A DNA stretch of 64,000 bases, from NCBI GenBank assembly GCA_012295275.1, contig CM022674.1, positions 10,354,001 to 10,418,000 on the forward strand, given 5' to 3'. A model generated the notes under the pieces. That model was not told the DNA's origin. It made no database searches and saw nothing but the letters and a program-made list of their open reading frames with translations. Origin of the DNA: Chrysomallon squamiferum (taxonomy: Eukaryota > Animalia > Mollusca). How positions within the stretch are numbered: the stretch's first letter is position 1; every line of letters starts with the position of its first letter. This document shows positions 1 to 13,900 of this stretch, one piece after another. The translations under genes were made by a program, and so were the position numbers.

Positions 1-2238
1 ACTCTTCATTTCACTATGGCCTACTTAAAACTACAAAAAAACTGAACAGCCAGAAGGAATACTAAACGTAAATCTTCTTACTTAGTGTGTGCTTGTTATA
101 GGAAGTATCATGGTTAACAAGAGGCTTGTATTTTTCTCATAAGGAAATTTTAGTTTTTTTCAAATACTTTTTTGAAAATGCATTTATCATGTATTTCATA
201 TACAAAATAATAATAAAAAAATGTATAAAGGTTCTGTGACATAAATATTTAAAAAGTTATGATGAATATTATAAATAAATAAATATTAAAGTATTTAATG
301 ATTCCAAATCATGATTCAGTTTGTATATTATAGACATGACTGTTTTATAAATTTGGTTATTATCATTATCATTTGTATTAAACAACTGATTGAATTAATA
401 AATTTTATTATAAAATTTACCATGAAAAAACATATTTAATTTAAATTTTGTCTGAACAAGAAATCTCATAAACCAATTAACAAATATTTAACATATAAAT
501 GATAATTACAAATAAAGCTTAATGATACCAAAGTACAAAATAAAAAAAAAATAAAAATCTGCTCTTGAATATCAGAAGGAATGCCAAAAAAAAAAAAATA
601 AATAAATAAATTATTTAAAAAAAAAAAAAAAAAAAAAAAAAATAAATACATAAAAAATAATAAATTATAATTAGATATATATTTATTATATACAGACACA
701 AATACAAACATTATTATTATTATTATTATTATTTAATATGAAAGAGAAAAAACCCAAGTTATTTGTTATTTTTATAGACTGTTTATTACATCTGAAAATG
801 CATCTGCATAACGATTCAGTAGTAGAATACACCCAGTGTGTAAATACATTCAACATTATGTCACTGAACAGATTCAAGAACAGGCAAATCATTATGACAT
901 TAACAGAAGAAGACAGCTAAAATACTGAACTCAGTGGTAATCAACAAGTGCAAACAACAGTTGTAAACACCTTTGTCTTGAAATTAATTAACACATCAAC
1001 ACATTCATAGTACACACACATCCATGTACAAATATAATTATCTTATTTCTGTAATGCTTATGAAATATAATTTTTTATAATGCTGCTATGAGCCACAGAT
1101 ATGGAATATTTGATCTTTTTGTTTTTTTCATCTCTTTTATGTTTTTTTAATGTATAATACTGTCTTTGATAGTCCTGACATTTAAAATGTGTCTGTGGAT
1201 TCGTTCATGTTATGATTAACAATAAAACCATTGACAAACTGCACCCAGCAGTCACTAGCCTTTCTTTGCAGCTTGATATCCTGCTTTCAAACACAGCTCT
1301 GCTATCAAACAGGCCATTTTCATCTCTTCCATCTTTCTTAACAGACAATGACTTTTTATTACTGCTCATTTTTCATCATTATTATTTATGTATTTTAATA
1401 TAATTTTAATATAATAACTTTGTTTTTTCAGTTTATTTTTATCATTACATTTTTTATATTTATAACTATTTTCCATTAACGGTTTATTCTTAATTAAAAT
1501 AAATTGTTTTTTCTACAAATATTTAACTATTTCCTCTTCATTTTTCAACAATAAATGACTTCTTTTAAACAATTTAGTTTTTATTATTATTATTTATTTT
1601 ATTTGTATTATTTTTGCTTAATTCTTAATTTCCATATTCTTATTTTCCTTTGTTCAAATAGAAGTTTGAAGATAAATATTAATACTGATATACAAACTTA
1701 CAATATATTACATGCCTTAGGTTAGTACATATACAATGTGTATAACACCAATCAGCTCAGTTCTATTTCTCCCTCAGGATACAATAAGTTGGTTAATTTA
1801 ATACTGTTTTTCATGTGTTTGTTTTCTTTGTATTTTTTAATGACAGATACAAATAAAGAATAAACAATAGTAAAATAAAATCATGGTGATAATAAAATAA
1901 AAAATATAACAACATTATTATTAACAGTACTAGTACTAGTAAAACAAAAGGAAACTAAAAGATATCTAATTTTTTTTTTTAAATAACTAAACAAACACCA
2001 GTCAATATAATTTAATTTAAAATAAATTGAAATGCTTTTATCACGTTAAAATGTATTTTTTAGACCTAATCACTTCTAAAATTTATGACAGTTTTCCTGT
2101 AGTCTAATATTAATCAATAATGTTAACCAAAAATTCATATGGTCATTATGGTAAATACAATATTTGAAAATTTGAGAAAACAACTGTTAATTAATCAAAG
2201 CCTGACAGAACAAATGAATCATTCAAATAAAATCTTTG

Positions 2239-2240
<2 letters not shown>

Positions 2241-2274
<34 letters not shown>

Positions 2275-2300
2275 TGTGTTTGTGTGTGTGTGTGTGCGTG
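2241..2300. repeat. (TG)n microsatellite
   Basis: Run of TG dinucleotides with a few interruptions. Confidence 0.95.
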
Positions 2301-3109
2301 TGAGAAACATGCTATGCTATACAAAAGAAGAAACAAAAACTAACATTGTCTCAATCATCACAAAACTCCTAATTTGTAAACATTAGTGATACATACATTT
2401 TAAATATTTTAAATATCTTTATTCAAAGAAATCTAAATTTCTATCATTAAATAAAATCACCAAAGGTTTTAAAATCTAAATTTCTGTGTAACGTGTGAAA
2501 TGAGACTATCAACTGTGACTCTCCTTATTCTGAAGGAATACAACTGAACGGACTGAAGCCAGAAGGCAGATTATAACTGAAGGATATTTGAATGTGTTAA
2601 AGGAAGTCATGCACAAAGTTAAGGATATACAGCTAAAGAAGAAACCTAGTGCTGCCATGCACCAGGCTTTTTATTATTGTTTTTATTAGTTGTAAGTGAT
2701 TTCTTACAAACAGGAAAACATGTATTACAACTATCCCAGGCTGCTGACTGAGATGGGAAACAGATGAGTAACTCAGGAAGTGTAGTAAACATTAGCAGCC
2801 AATACAAAAGACAAAAGCATAAATAATTCAAAAACTGACAAGTTTAAATTAAATTTAGTATCTTAACCAAAGTATCTTAAATTAATTTGAAATAATAACT
2901 ATGAATGTGTAAAGATAAATTAATCATCTAAGCTGAGTTGAACACATCAACTTAAAATAAAATAATTTTTTTAATATGTATCACATCTGTTTAATGATGT
3001 TAAGATTAAATAATTTTTCATCAAAATATTTTACAATAATAAATATAAACAAAAGTAGTATTATGAGCAACTATTTCAGTAGTTCAGATTTCTTCTTACA
3101 TAACATTAA

Positions 3110-3930
3110 CCCTCTGTGGTTCAAGCTTGGTCTCCCAAATCCAAGCATAATTTTTATTAAAGGTTCTTGTTCAAAATATTGTGTAGTGATACTGCAATTT
3201 CCTCAGCTTTTCCCCTCAAAAAAGAGGACTCATTTTGTTGTGACTATATCAAGTATATAATGCACCTGTTCAGAGCTCTTTGTCTCAGATACTCAGCATG
3301 ATGAACTGAACTTTGGTTTCTTACATTCAAGAAAAGTAAAAGCCTATTTCACTTCTTTCTACTTTACTTAATAATGACAAGATTGATGAAAGTACAGAGA
3401 TTGAGATAAATCTAAAATCATAACATTTTATAATTTAACCAGAAAAGGAGTTGATCTGATCTATTACAGTTGTGCAAGAAATAATATAAAATGTTTGTTG
3501 GTTGTTCTTTACAGCTTAGTAAAGTTGCAGGAATCAATGGAAGTACCAAGTAGTATGAAAATGGGAACTCACAACTGACTAGAAGGCATTTTCGGAAGAG
3601 GTTGTGTTTTGAACTTGCTCGTGAATATATTACAACAAGAGTAGAAACACTGGATTTGCCTAAAGCACTGTGACAGAAAGTGTCTAAAATGGTTAGCAAT
3701 TTATCCCAAAGATAAATCCCAAGATATGGAAAAAGAGGAAGATATCATGATTGTCATGGTAAAGACATGTGATCAAAATTATATACGTTCTCAGTTTAGA
3801 AGGTCTATGATACCCTTTGTTTTTGTTTTCAAACAAATATCCTATATAAATGTGGGTTTTTTTTAAAGAAAAAAAAGGGTCTACAAGACATAGCGATTAT
3901 TTCTGTATGAAAAGTAGTCAAACAAAAGGG
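3110..3930 (+). mobile_element. Degraded piggyBac transposon remnant (C-terminal transposase fragment)
   Basis: Bounded by TTAA|CCCT (3106-3113) and AGGG|TTAA (3927-3934). Frameshifted translation of ~3320-3780 gives TLVSYI..RK...LLSTL.NNDKIDEST, IITFYNLTRKGVDLI, YSCARN, VAGING..Y, TRRHFRKRLCFELAREY..R..LDLPKAL, GKRGR..DC. These match the piggyBac (PGBD4-type) C-terminus as I know it. Many stops. Confidence 0.8.
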
Positions 3931-5719
3931 TTAACTACAACAAAAACCTAAATGAATGAAATTTATAACTTGTAAAGGACTGTGCAATAATTTATACATT
4001 TCTTAAAAAGTTAATATTTAAAATTCTTTACCCAGAAGTACAAATATGACAATTTTAGGCAACTTTACAAGGTTCTTCAGTCAATACTCTGAGAAAAGCA
4101 AAATATTAATTGTTATAGTTAGTAAAAACAAAAGTTTTCAACATTTAGGAATCAAAATATATTTTATAGTGAAATAAACTTCAACATGTACAAACAATTT
4201 TATTATATTAAAACATATTTATATAATACATGTCCAAACATAATTATGAATTCCTCATTTCTTTTCCTTTGATTTACTTTTGTTTTCTAGCTTAAAGTTG
4301 AACTATACTTTTCTCAAACACAAATTTAAATTAAATTTTATATATCTATTAATGAAGATCTAAATCTTTAATTAAATGTAATTTCAAAATCTGATAAACT
4401 CAATTAATGCATCATATTAACGCAAATCTTTCACCAGTTTATTCATTTGCTGAATCTTTCATTCTTTGTCTCACTCTCATTTTGGAAATTGTATTTCCTG
4501 GTTTTGGGGTGTTTTGTTTTGTTGTTTTTTTGAAATCTGAATGAACTAGTGTGAATATATATATTTAATATGTATATACAGATGGTGATATATTAATTAT
4601 TTATATTATATTATTGTTTATGTTTGCTTTTTCCATCAGAAAATAATAAAAACTAACAAAGCCCCGATGTAAACATGACCCTAAGGTCAATCAGACATGC
4701 ATCTCATTATGTTACGCTTGTTTCTAGTGATATCAGCGATGGCATGGTACCCGTGCATTTAACAAAGCAAACAATAAACATATGATAATAAAGAAAGCGC
4801 AGTATTTTTGGATTTTATTATTGATGATTAGAACTGTTTTTGTTACAAATGTGAACATAAATTTCTATGGTTCTAGCCTATTTTTTATCCCAAAAAATTA
4901 AATGTTACATTTACCTCCATATGTCGTGGTAATGCCTCGTTCGTCACCCAGCAAAAATTCATCTCACATTTACTCCAAATAATACGACACTGGGCATGCG
5001 CTTTCCCTCCAATAAGCAGCCGGGTTAGGGAGGTCAAAGCTTCAAAGTATCATTAAAAGCTATGCTAATGATGTCGGTTCATTGGCCTTTACTACCCGAT
5101 GGGGTTAGTTTTAAAAACTTAGATAATATTTGACACATGCCTTGCAGCAGTTAAAATAAACGATTTCATGTTACTGTCAAAATATAACTAGTATGGATGA
5201 TGTGCTAGAACACAATAATATAGTTTTTTGTTTGATTGTTGTTGTTTTCATTTATTTATACTTCATTTGATTTTAAATTAGCTGATCCTTTTAAGAATTT
5301 ATTTCCCACCCTTTATTTATATGGAACGTTATACTGGTTTTCATATCCTCAGTTTATTTATCAAGTGAAATGGACATGGAGTACTTCCATTATTCGTAAA
5401 TACGTTATAACGTTTTTGTCAATTTAAATGGAAAGGTAGATGTTAAACGCTTAGAAAGTTATATTTAATTTGAGAGAAAGATGCTAATTAGAAGTAAAAC
5501 CTCAGTAAGGTTTAATATACTTCTTAGTCAATTAAATACTCTGTATTTTAATGCTAATTAGTATAAATATGTTTCTTTTTTTAAGCATTAATATTTTTTA
5601 TTGGACTTCCAGTGCCTTTTAATTTTTGTTTTATTTTAATTTATTTTTATTATTTTAAAATGTATTATGTTGTTACTGTTGTTGTTGTTTTTGTTATTAT
5701 TATTTTGCATCCGTTCTAT

Positions 5720-5810
5720 TACATTATGCGACTTACGGCGTGTGCGCTGACATCGTTGACGAAATTAATATAAAGATTTCTTCTAATAATTATTTCCGTT
5801 TCCGTTAAAG
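5720..5810 (+). promoter_or_regulatory. Putative CDK11 promoter / non-coding first exon ending at donor AAG|GTATGG (5810/5811)
   Basis: Local CpG cluster (5727-5761), tandem TTCCG motifs (5793-5804) and a good 5' splice site. The first coding exon at 7954 starts with an acceptor, so an upstream exon is required. Confidence 0.45.
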
Positions 5811-6180
5811 GTATGGTTTTACGATTTTTAAAAATTGTTTATATTTTATCCTTTATGAATTATATTCATACACTTGATTTTTTTCGTATGCAGTAAAATG
5901 TTTCTATCTCTTTTTTTCTTTCCTTTTTAAATACATTTGATATGTATGAAAGAAAGGCAGTCATTCAGAAAACATATCATGTATAACACTAACACTAGTA
6001 ACAGTAACACTGTAAAAGTATAAGTGTAACAGTCTCGTTACAGTGTAATGAGTATATACTATATAGTATATTATTAACTTAGTAACTAGTTGATAATACT
6101 TATACAGTAATAGTTTTAGAGTCTCAGTCTTAGACTCGATAACACTGTAAGTGTAACAGTGTAATGAGTATACTATATAG

Positions 6181-7346
6181 TAGGTATGTGGACAAATTTT
6201 TCAAACCCCACTAATCTGAAAATAAATAAGACAGTTGGGTAGAGCTTGTAAACCACTTTAAAATGATACCAAGATCAAGTGAATATGTAAAAAATTAAGG
6301 AAGTAGCAGCAATTTTAAACCCCCTGAAAAGCAATTTTTTTCTTCCGATTAAACACTATATAAGTCATTAGAGGTTTGTGACCAAAAATAGTAATATTTT
6401 AACATTTCCCCCTCTATCTTTGTTAATAAGCAAGCTTTCTTGATGAAATTTTCAGTGAAGACCAATGCCAATCTCTGCTATCGATTATATTTGTAAAAAT
6501 TAAAAAGAAGTTATTAATTAAGGTACCAGCAACCTAACAAACAATAATTTATGTGGACAAAAAATTCAAACACTACCAACTTCAACATAAATAACATTGC
6601 TGAAAAGAACTCTAAAAACCCTATAAAAGACAACAAATATCATGTGATTCTGTTGAGTATTAAGGAAGTTACAGCATTTTAACGTTTTCAATTAACACTA
6701 ATTAATTGTCCTATTATTTAATGCATTTGCATTACAATGGCGTGACCAAAATCCTATTGTTTTTCACTAAAATGCATGTAACTTTCTTAATAATGAAATT
6801 TTATTAGTGAAATTTGGACTGAAGATAGATGGTAACTAGTCCTCTCAATTCAAGCTATTAAAAATGCAAGCTATTAAAAATCGAGGGTAGAAATCACTTC
6901 AGTTTCACTCGAATTTTCATCCGCCATGTTTGATTTTGAAGCCATTTCGATGTTACAGCTCCTCTTTCCGGCGTGTTTAATTTTTCTCAGCTGTGTCAGA
7001 TTTCAATATAAATTCACATATAATAAAATTAAATATTGTTCTTCGCCTCCATCTACCTTAGATTATCCTCTGATATCGAAAACGACCGATTTTAACGTGT
7101 TGAATACGAAACAAATTTTCGAACTCTCCTCCGAAACGAACCAATTGACCGAATTGAAAAATTCGAAAACGAGTGAGTATACGGGAATTTCCTGCTAATT
7201 ATACCAGCAGGGATAACCAAAACTCCCAACCCCTGACTAACGAGAAGCGATTTACGCAGAGACACCACTCGCCATCGGGGAAATCCCGATCACACGGATT
7301 TGGCAGAAAATGGCGGACGCAGTTCCGGCAGAAATACACATACCTA
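6181..7346. mobile_element. Non-autonomous TIR DNA transposon (hAT-like), ~1.17 kb, 7-bp TSD
   Basis: TIR TAGGTATGTG (6181-6190) / CACATACCTA (7337-7346). TATATAG on both sides (6174-6180, 7347-7353). It interrupts the second copy of a local ~120-bp duplication whose first copy (6041-6160) shows the empty site. Degenerate internal repeat TATGTGGACAAA..TTCAAAC at 6185 and 6550. Confidence 0.75.
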
Positions 7347-7960
7347 TATATAGTATATTATTAACTTAGTAACTAGTTTTAGTAGTTGATAATACTAATA
7401 CTAGTAATAGTAGTAATACAGTTACAGTAATAGTTTTAGAGTCTCAGTCTTAGACTCGATAATGATCATGATAATGATAATTATAATGTGACTAATAAAA
7501 TTACAGATTTCATGTACTGAAATTAATAACTAAAAAAAAAAACTAAAAAGAAGAAGAAAACTCCCACAGATACCTGTTTGTGTTTCATGCAGTAAACCTA
7601 CTGTTCATCACTTTATCAAAGTTTATAAGCACTACAAGCATAACTATGACGAAGTCTTGAGCGCTAGAGTAAAAAGTCACAATGGTGTCATTTCAATGAT
7701 GAATCACTGAATAATTTAAATAGACATTTCCTCAGTTCTTTTATTAATGCAAAATTTGTTGAAGAATAAAATAGTACACATCATAGTTCTTCCACCATTA
7801 ACCATATTGCCTCCCTTGATTATCCTTTAGAGGTGAAAAATAAAAGAAAAAGAAACATTTTATTACGTTTATACATGTAGATGTTATTAGATGATGTTGA
7901 TATTATCACAAAAGTAAATATTTGTTTTCATTATTGTTTTTTCCTGTTTTTAGCTGCAAA

Positions 7961-10900
7961 ATGTCTGAATCAGATGGTGCAGATAGCTTGTATGAACAGG
8001 GTGAACTGGAACCCAGCCCTGAAGCAGAGCACCATGTTAAAGGCCGACATCTTTCTCTTTCGCCACATTCGCAAGAAACCATTGATGATGATATCATCGT
8101 TATTAAAGACAGGTAACTAGAGCTGAATGCTAATAATGATATATTATACCTTTGTTATTTTACTAAAAAATGAAATGAAAAATGGTTACGGGTCATTCCG
8201 TGTCAAATCACCCAATGGTTTAAACCCGACCGTCTCAGATTTTTATAAAACTTGGTATACTTGTTGACTGGGATCCCACAGCACCAAATCTGAAATTTTA
8301 GCTCAATCAGACCATTGGTGTGGGAGATACGGCCCACCAAATTTTTAGATTTTTGTTTAGTTTGGAAAATATTGGAGTACCTTGACCTTTTGACCTTTGC
8401 TATGACCTTGAAATTGACCGTGTGGATCACGTGATCTTGAGATGACCTTTATTGAAATTTAATCTCCCACATGTTAACTAAAACATATAAAAATTTCCTG
8501 GGTGTAATATTTTTTGTTTAGCCACAATATAGATTTAAAAAATGCACATACATGAAAATAACACCTTTTCAGCCATTAACATCTGATTAACTAAAACCTG
8601 AATGATCAATTCTGGATGCTAGGGATCACCATCTTTCTTGATCATCAAGTAAGACATTGTAGGCCTACATGTATGTATAAAGTTCACATATAAAAGTTTC
8701 AGAGGTATAATATTTTTTGTTTAGCCATAATAGAGATTTAAAAAAATGCATAACTGCATGGATGATTAATACAATGCATTACAATGTACATTTTCTCTGA
8801 GACTAAAAACTAATCTTTGGAGTTAAAACCCACCTGACATGTCTTCAAGGAATGCCTGAAGGATATGAAAAGATGCCAAATGGCATGACATGTTCTACAC
8901 AATCAGGCTCAAAGGGTTAACAGGAAGTGATGCTTCAGGCAGGTCAGGAACTCCTTTAGATCCCCTGGTGCAATCCACATTGAGCACATGGCAATTAGAA
9001 GTTTAAGACAAAGAAGTTTCTTCATCTGCATTTCTTTGACAATCTGAAGCTTTTTAAGTTGGACACAATGTCAGATGTTGATAAGTAAGCATTGTTTTCT
9101 TCATAAAACCTATTAAGTCATTTTATCATGTCATGTGGCCTTGCCATTGGCTTTGAACAAGGTGTCAGTCAACAACAGTACAACCCAGTCTGATATCAGA
9201 CGTCATCAAGTGATGTACTGCATAATATATTTGTACACCCAGTCTTCGGCACAGAGTATGAACAAGGTCTACCTTTACCTTAATAAACTGTGATTTATAC
9301 TTGAGAAGACTGATATAAATGCCCAAGACTTGTGGGCCTTTGGCATTAACACATGTACTCTGTTGCCATTTTATGACCTGCTTAACTTTACTGAAAGGGT
9401 TTCAGGATTTCATTTAATATTTAGGAAAGCACTGACTTTGTTCTATTGAATTGAAGGTGCAGGCCAATACTGAAAATCCTTATTTCTTCCAGGGCTAACT
9501 GCAGTTTTAACTCTCCTGACAATGTGTGTTATCAACACCATTATATAAAAAAGGAGTTGTTGCGAAGTGTATGGAAAACTGAGGAAGTCGAACTCCTCAC
9601 TCTTTGAAGTGAGATCAAAACACGGGACATCAAGAGTATCTGTTCACATCATGAACAAGAACTTTTAATCAAATTTTCAACATTGCAGAAAAACTGTTGT
9701 GATCCCCTTAATCGCCACCCTGAGCAAGCACGCACTAGATCTTTAAGAATTGTTAGCATGGGCACTTACAAATGCTTAGTAAATCCTCCAAAGACACTAG
9801 TGCCAGGAGACAAGTTGTGCTGTGACTGTCTGATTACCCTGATTACCTGCAGAGGATGGCTTTAGTATGGGTGGTATTACAATGGGAGAATTTGGTGATA
9901 ACTTGCCAGACAAACCGCTGGTTGTTATTTCCCCAGAAAAGGACTTTGATTTGAATTCTATTCTGTCGAGTTTAGGCAAAACTCCTGTCAAACTCCATTC
10001 ACTAGCACGTTCCAGTAAATGAATGAAAGGACAGAAAAAAACTAGCATCAGCTACAGTAACATTAAAATGACATCTTAATGTCTGAATCCTACCAGAGTG
10101 TTTGTCACCCTTTACCATTGAAAGGACAATGAATTGAAGGAGGAAATAATCCAATTTTATGAAAGTGATGAGAACAGTAGAATGTGTCTGGGAATGAAGG
10201 ATACAGTGAGCATTTGAAACAAACATGGTGAGAAGGTTAAGCATCAGAAACACCTAGTTCTCTCAAATTTATGTGAACTTTGTGACGGTCGGGTTTAAAT
10301 TTTTATTTTTTGGGGGGTGATTTGACACGGAATGACCCTTACACATCTGAATCTATAAGATGTTCACTTTATCTGTATTTGTGTGTAAATATGTATATGT
10401 TTGAATATGCAAATATTAGAATTTGAAACATTTAGTGATTTACTGCTGTTCTAGAGATGAGTAAAATACATTTCATACTTGAAGAATCACACTCTTTCAT
10501 AGCTAGCAAAGTAAGTAAGTAACTAGATACAACTCAAATTAATTTGACATAAATAAGGACACACACATAAATTATGTACCATATATATAGAGAGAGAGAG
10601 ACATGCATATAGAATAATAGATAGATAGATATATGAATATGCATTTATTGAGATATAAAACAGCTAAAATAACCACTATATACATGTACAGAGGTCACCG
10701 AAAAAATAAATTGAAACTCATAACCAGAAGTAAATATCACGTTCATGTATTTTTAGCTTTTAATCATGGTGGAACATAATCAGTCTGTACTGAAGTTTTA
10801 ATGGCACTAGATGTACAGAGCAAATGTTTATGAAAAAGAAAAGTACTATAACTAAATTAGTAACTGATGCATCTACTTATAAATATTATTACTGCTAAAA

Positions 10901-13900
10901 ATATGATAAGTAACAAAGATTAAAAATCATCTGTCCAAAATATCCTTATCAAAACAATTAATGAAAGTCTGTTTGCATGTTTTTTTTTAAAAATGTTCTT
11001 TTATTCCTGTGTCTGCAATTCCACACAAACTTGTTAACATTTCGTGAGATACCATCTGAGGTTATCACATGGATGTTTTTCTGCAACTAGATTACGATGT
11101 GTGTGTTTAATGTTATATAAACTTCCTTTTTATATTTAGATAAGCTGAATTGTAAAAACAATTTACAATTTTGTATATTTCTCCTTTGTCAGAGATGATG
11201 GAGGCAGTGAAAATGAGGAGCTGGACATCAAACCTCCTCAGTCACATGCAGGCAAGAAAGAGAAATCTCATAAACACAGACACAAGGAGGAACGGCATCG
11301 AGAGAAAGAAAGAAGAAGTCACGTTCGCAGAGATCGGATGGACAGATCTGAACGAGATGGTCGAGGTAGGTTGTTTATTATTCATCATTCCACTCTTATG
11401 TCAGATAAATTAAAAAAGAAATATTGTCAGCTACAGAAAATCATATAAGTATTTAATGTAATAATTAGAGTCGTTTTTAATACTGTTGACTGACAAGTAC
11501 AAAATAAAATATTTCAGTTGTATTTGAACATTGTTTTAATCATCTTTATTAACAGGGGCATATTCCAGCCACAGTGAGTCATCTAGAGGTCACCACTCAG
11601 CACATGGTCACGACAGACGCGAACTTAAAGACAATGCGTCTGCTCATCAGAGGAATGTGACACGGGAACGAGCTACAGAACGAGATCGCAAGCCAGAAAG
11701 AGAGAGAATTGCTGAATCCAGCGTGGAACGTCGGCTGAGGGAGGAGTCAAAAGAGGCTCAGGAAATGAGAAAGAGGCAGAAGTCATTGAATGAACGGTCA
11801 ATATTCTTTATGTTTCTTATTTTAAAATTTGAATGATGTTTTGGCATTTTTATTTCATTTTATATTTTCTTTAGCATTAGCATGATACTAAAATATTAAT
11901 TAATTAAAACATTTTCATTGTTTTTACTGTCAGTTGAATGTTGGCTAGACTCAAGCTTTTTTTAAATAATAATTTCTATTTCATTCATTGTGCATGAATG
12001 TTGTTTAATCTTCCAGTGACAGACTTGAAAGACTGGAGCGCGAGAGACAGCGAGAACGTAAACTGCGAGAAGAGCGAATGAGAAAAGTGGAAGAGAGAAC
12101 TTCTAGACCAAAACGAAAAGAAGAAGACAGGAGGAATGTTGTCCAGTCAAGAGTTGAAGGTTTGTCTCTCATATTTTTATGCTGTGTCATTCTAGAAGCA
12201 ATAGAGAGAACATAAAACTAAACTTTTTTCATTTTGTTTCAGTTATACAAAAAGACATTTAAAACATTATCATGTTACTGAATTTCAGCATAAATGAATT
12301 TGATAGTAAAATCCTTGAACACAGATCAAACACAGTAATGATTTTAATTTGTGTTTCAGACAGAAGTAAGAGGTCCCGAGACGAGCGACCGGTGAGAGAG
12401 CGAAGTCGCAGTGACGACAGACACCACAGGCACGATGCTGATGACTCACAGAGACAGAAAAAGAAGGAAACAGAACAACCACGAGGTACTTCTTCTTAAA
12501 CCTTTCTTGAAAGATTTCTCATGGTGTGTTTTCAGCGGTTCTCTATTATTGCTCTTTATGTTTTAAGCTGTTCTCAAAATATTTCTCTTCAAGTTTAAAA
12601 CAGTTTGGTAAATATTTGTTTACATTACAGTTAAATCATGAGTAACAATACTATACTGTAAATAACTTTGTTTTTGGATTTATGCAGAAAGTTATAATTT
12701 TACAGTCAGTGTGTATTCACAGATAGTGTAACATCTGAATGACTGTTTTTAATTTTGTTAAACATTTGAGAACTCTCTAGTGTAAATTTAAAAGATGGCC
12801 AGAAATTATATTCATTTCAGTGTTTTTTAAAACAGACTCAGTCTTTCTAAGAAAGAAATTGTGCATTTATTATTTTTGTTTTCAGCTAAAGTTGTAGGTC
12901 CTCATACTCCTCCAGAAGAAGACTTCCATCAGAACAAAACTGATGAAACTGAAGAGGTTGAAGAAGAAGAGACTGAAGAAGAAGAAGAAGAAGATGAAGA
13001 AGAAGAAGAAGAAGAACAGGAGGAGGAGGAGGAAGTGGAAGAAGAGGAGGAAGTGGAAGAAGAAAGTGCAGGCTCAGAGTCAGCATCTGGGTCAGAGTCA
13101 GGTAATATAACTGTGTTTACTTGTCTTTATTTAACAATGTATTTATTATCATAATCATGATTTTAATGTAAGCCATGATTTTTTTAAGGTTTTCATTTCT
13201 CAAGTCTTAACTTAATAAAACACATTTTATATTAAGCTTTGATGTTCTTAAGCTTTTTGTTTCTGATCTCTTGTTATCATAATAAAAACATACCTGATAC
13301 CATGTTTGTAATCTTATTGACACTAAAGTTTTCACGTTTAATTATTCGGTCCTAGACTAAGCAGATTTCCAGTTGTTTGAATGTCACTAGTCACAGATTT
13401 GATATTGATTCCAAATCATTATTAGAATCATTTCTAAGCAGTAATAACAGGAAAGCTAAGTTTTATATGTATACATATTTGTTGTTATTAATGTTGACTG
13501 TTCTGATTTAATTTTGATTTATGCTTAAATGTGGTAATGGAAATGTATTAATGGAAGAATGCCAAAGAAAATGCTATCATGATAAATGGAGTTTCATGTA
13601 CGAATTATTTTTTTATTTTATCATGAATGTCATATAAGTACATATATTCCTTATTATTTATAATTTCTGCAAACAGATACACATAAGATTTCTAATTTAT
13701 AGCAAATTTTGAAAAGTTATAAAGCGTAGTTATTTTCTGTTCAGATTCAACCAGTGAAAGTGAAAGTAACAGCAGTGCTCACCACTCTGAGGCTGACGGG
13801 GTGACGCTAGTGAAACATGGTGAGTTAAGTAGATAACTTAGAGATTAGGAGTTACTGGTCTTGAGACTAACTCTAAACTGAAATCATTAATTAAGTCTTT

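Noticed and set aside
2536-2665. Open frame NTTERTEARRQIITEGYLNVLKEVMHKVKDIQLKKKPS after a possible AG
   Set aside because: No recognisable homology, no good donor, no partner exons.
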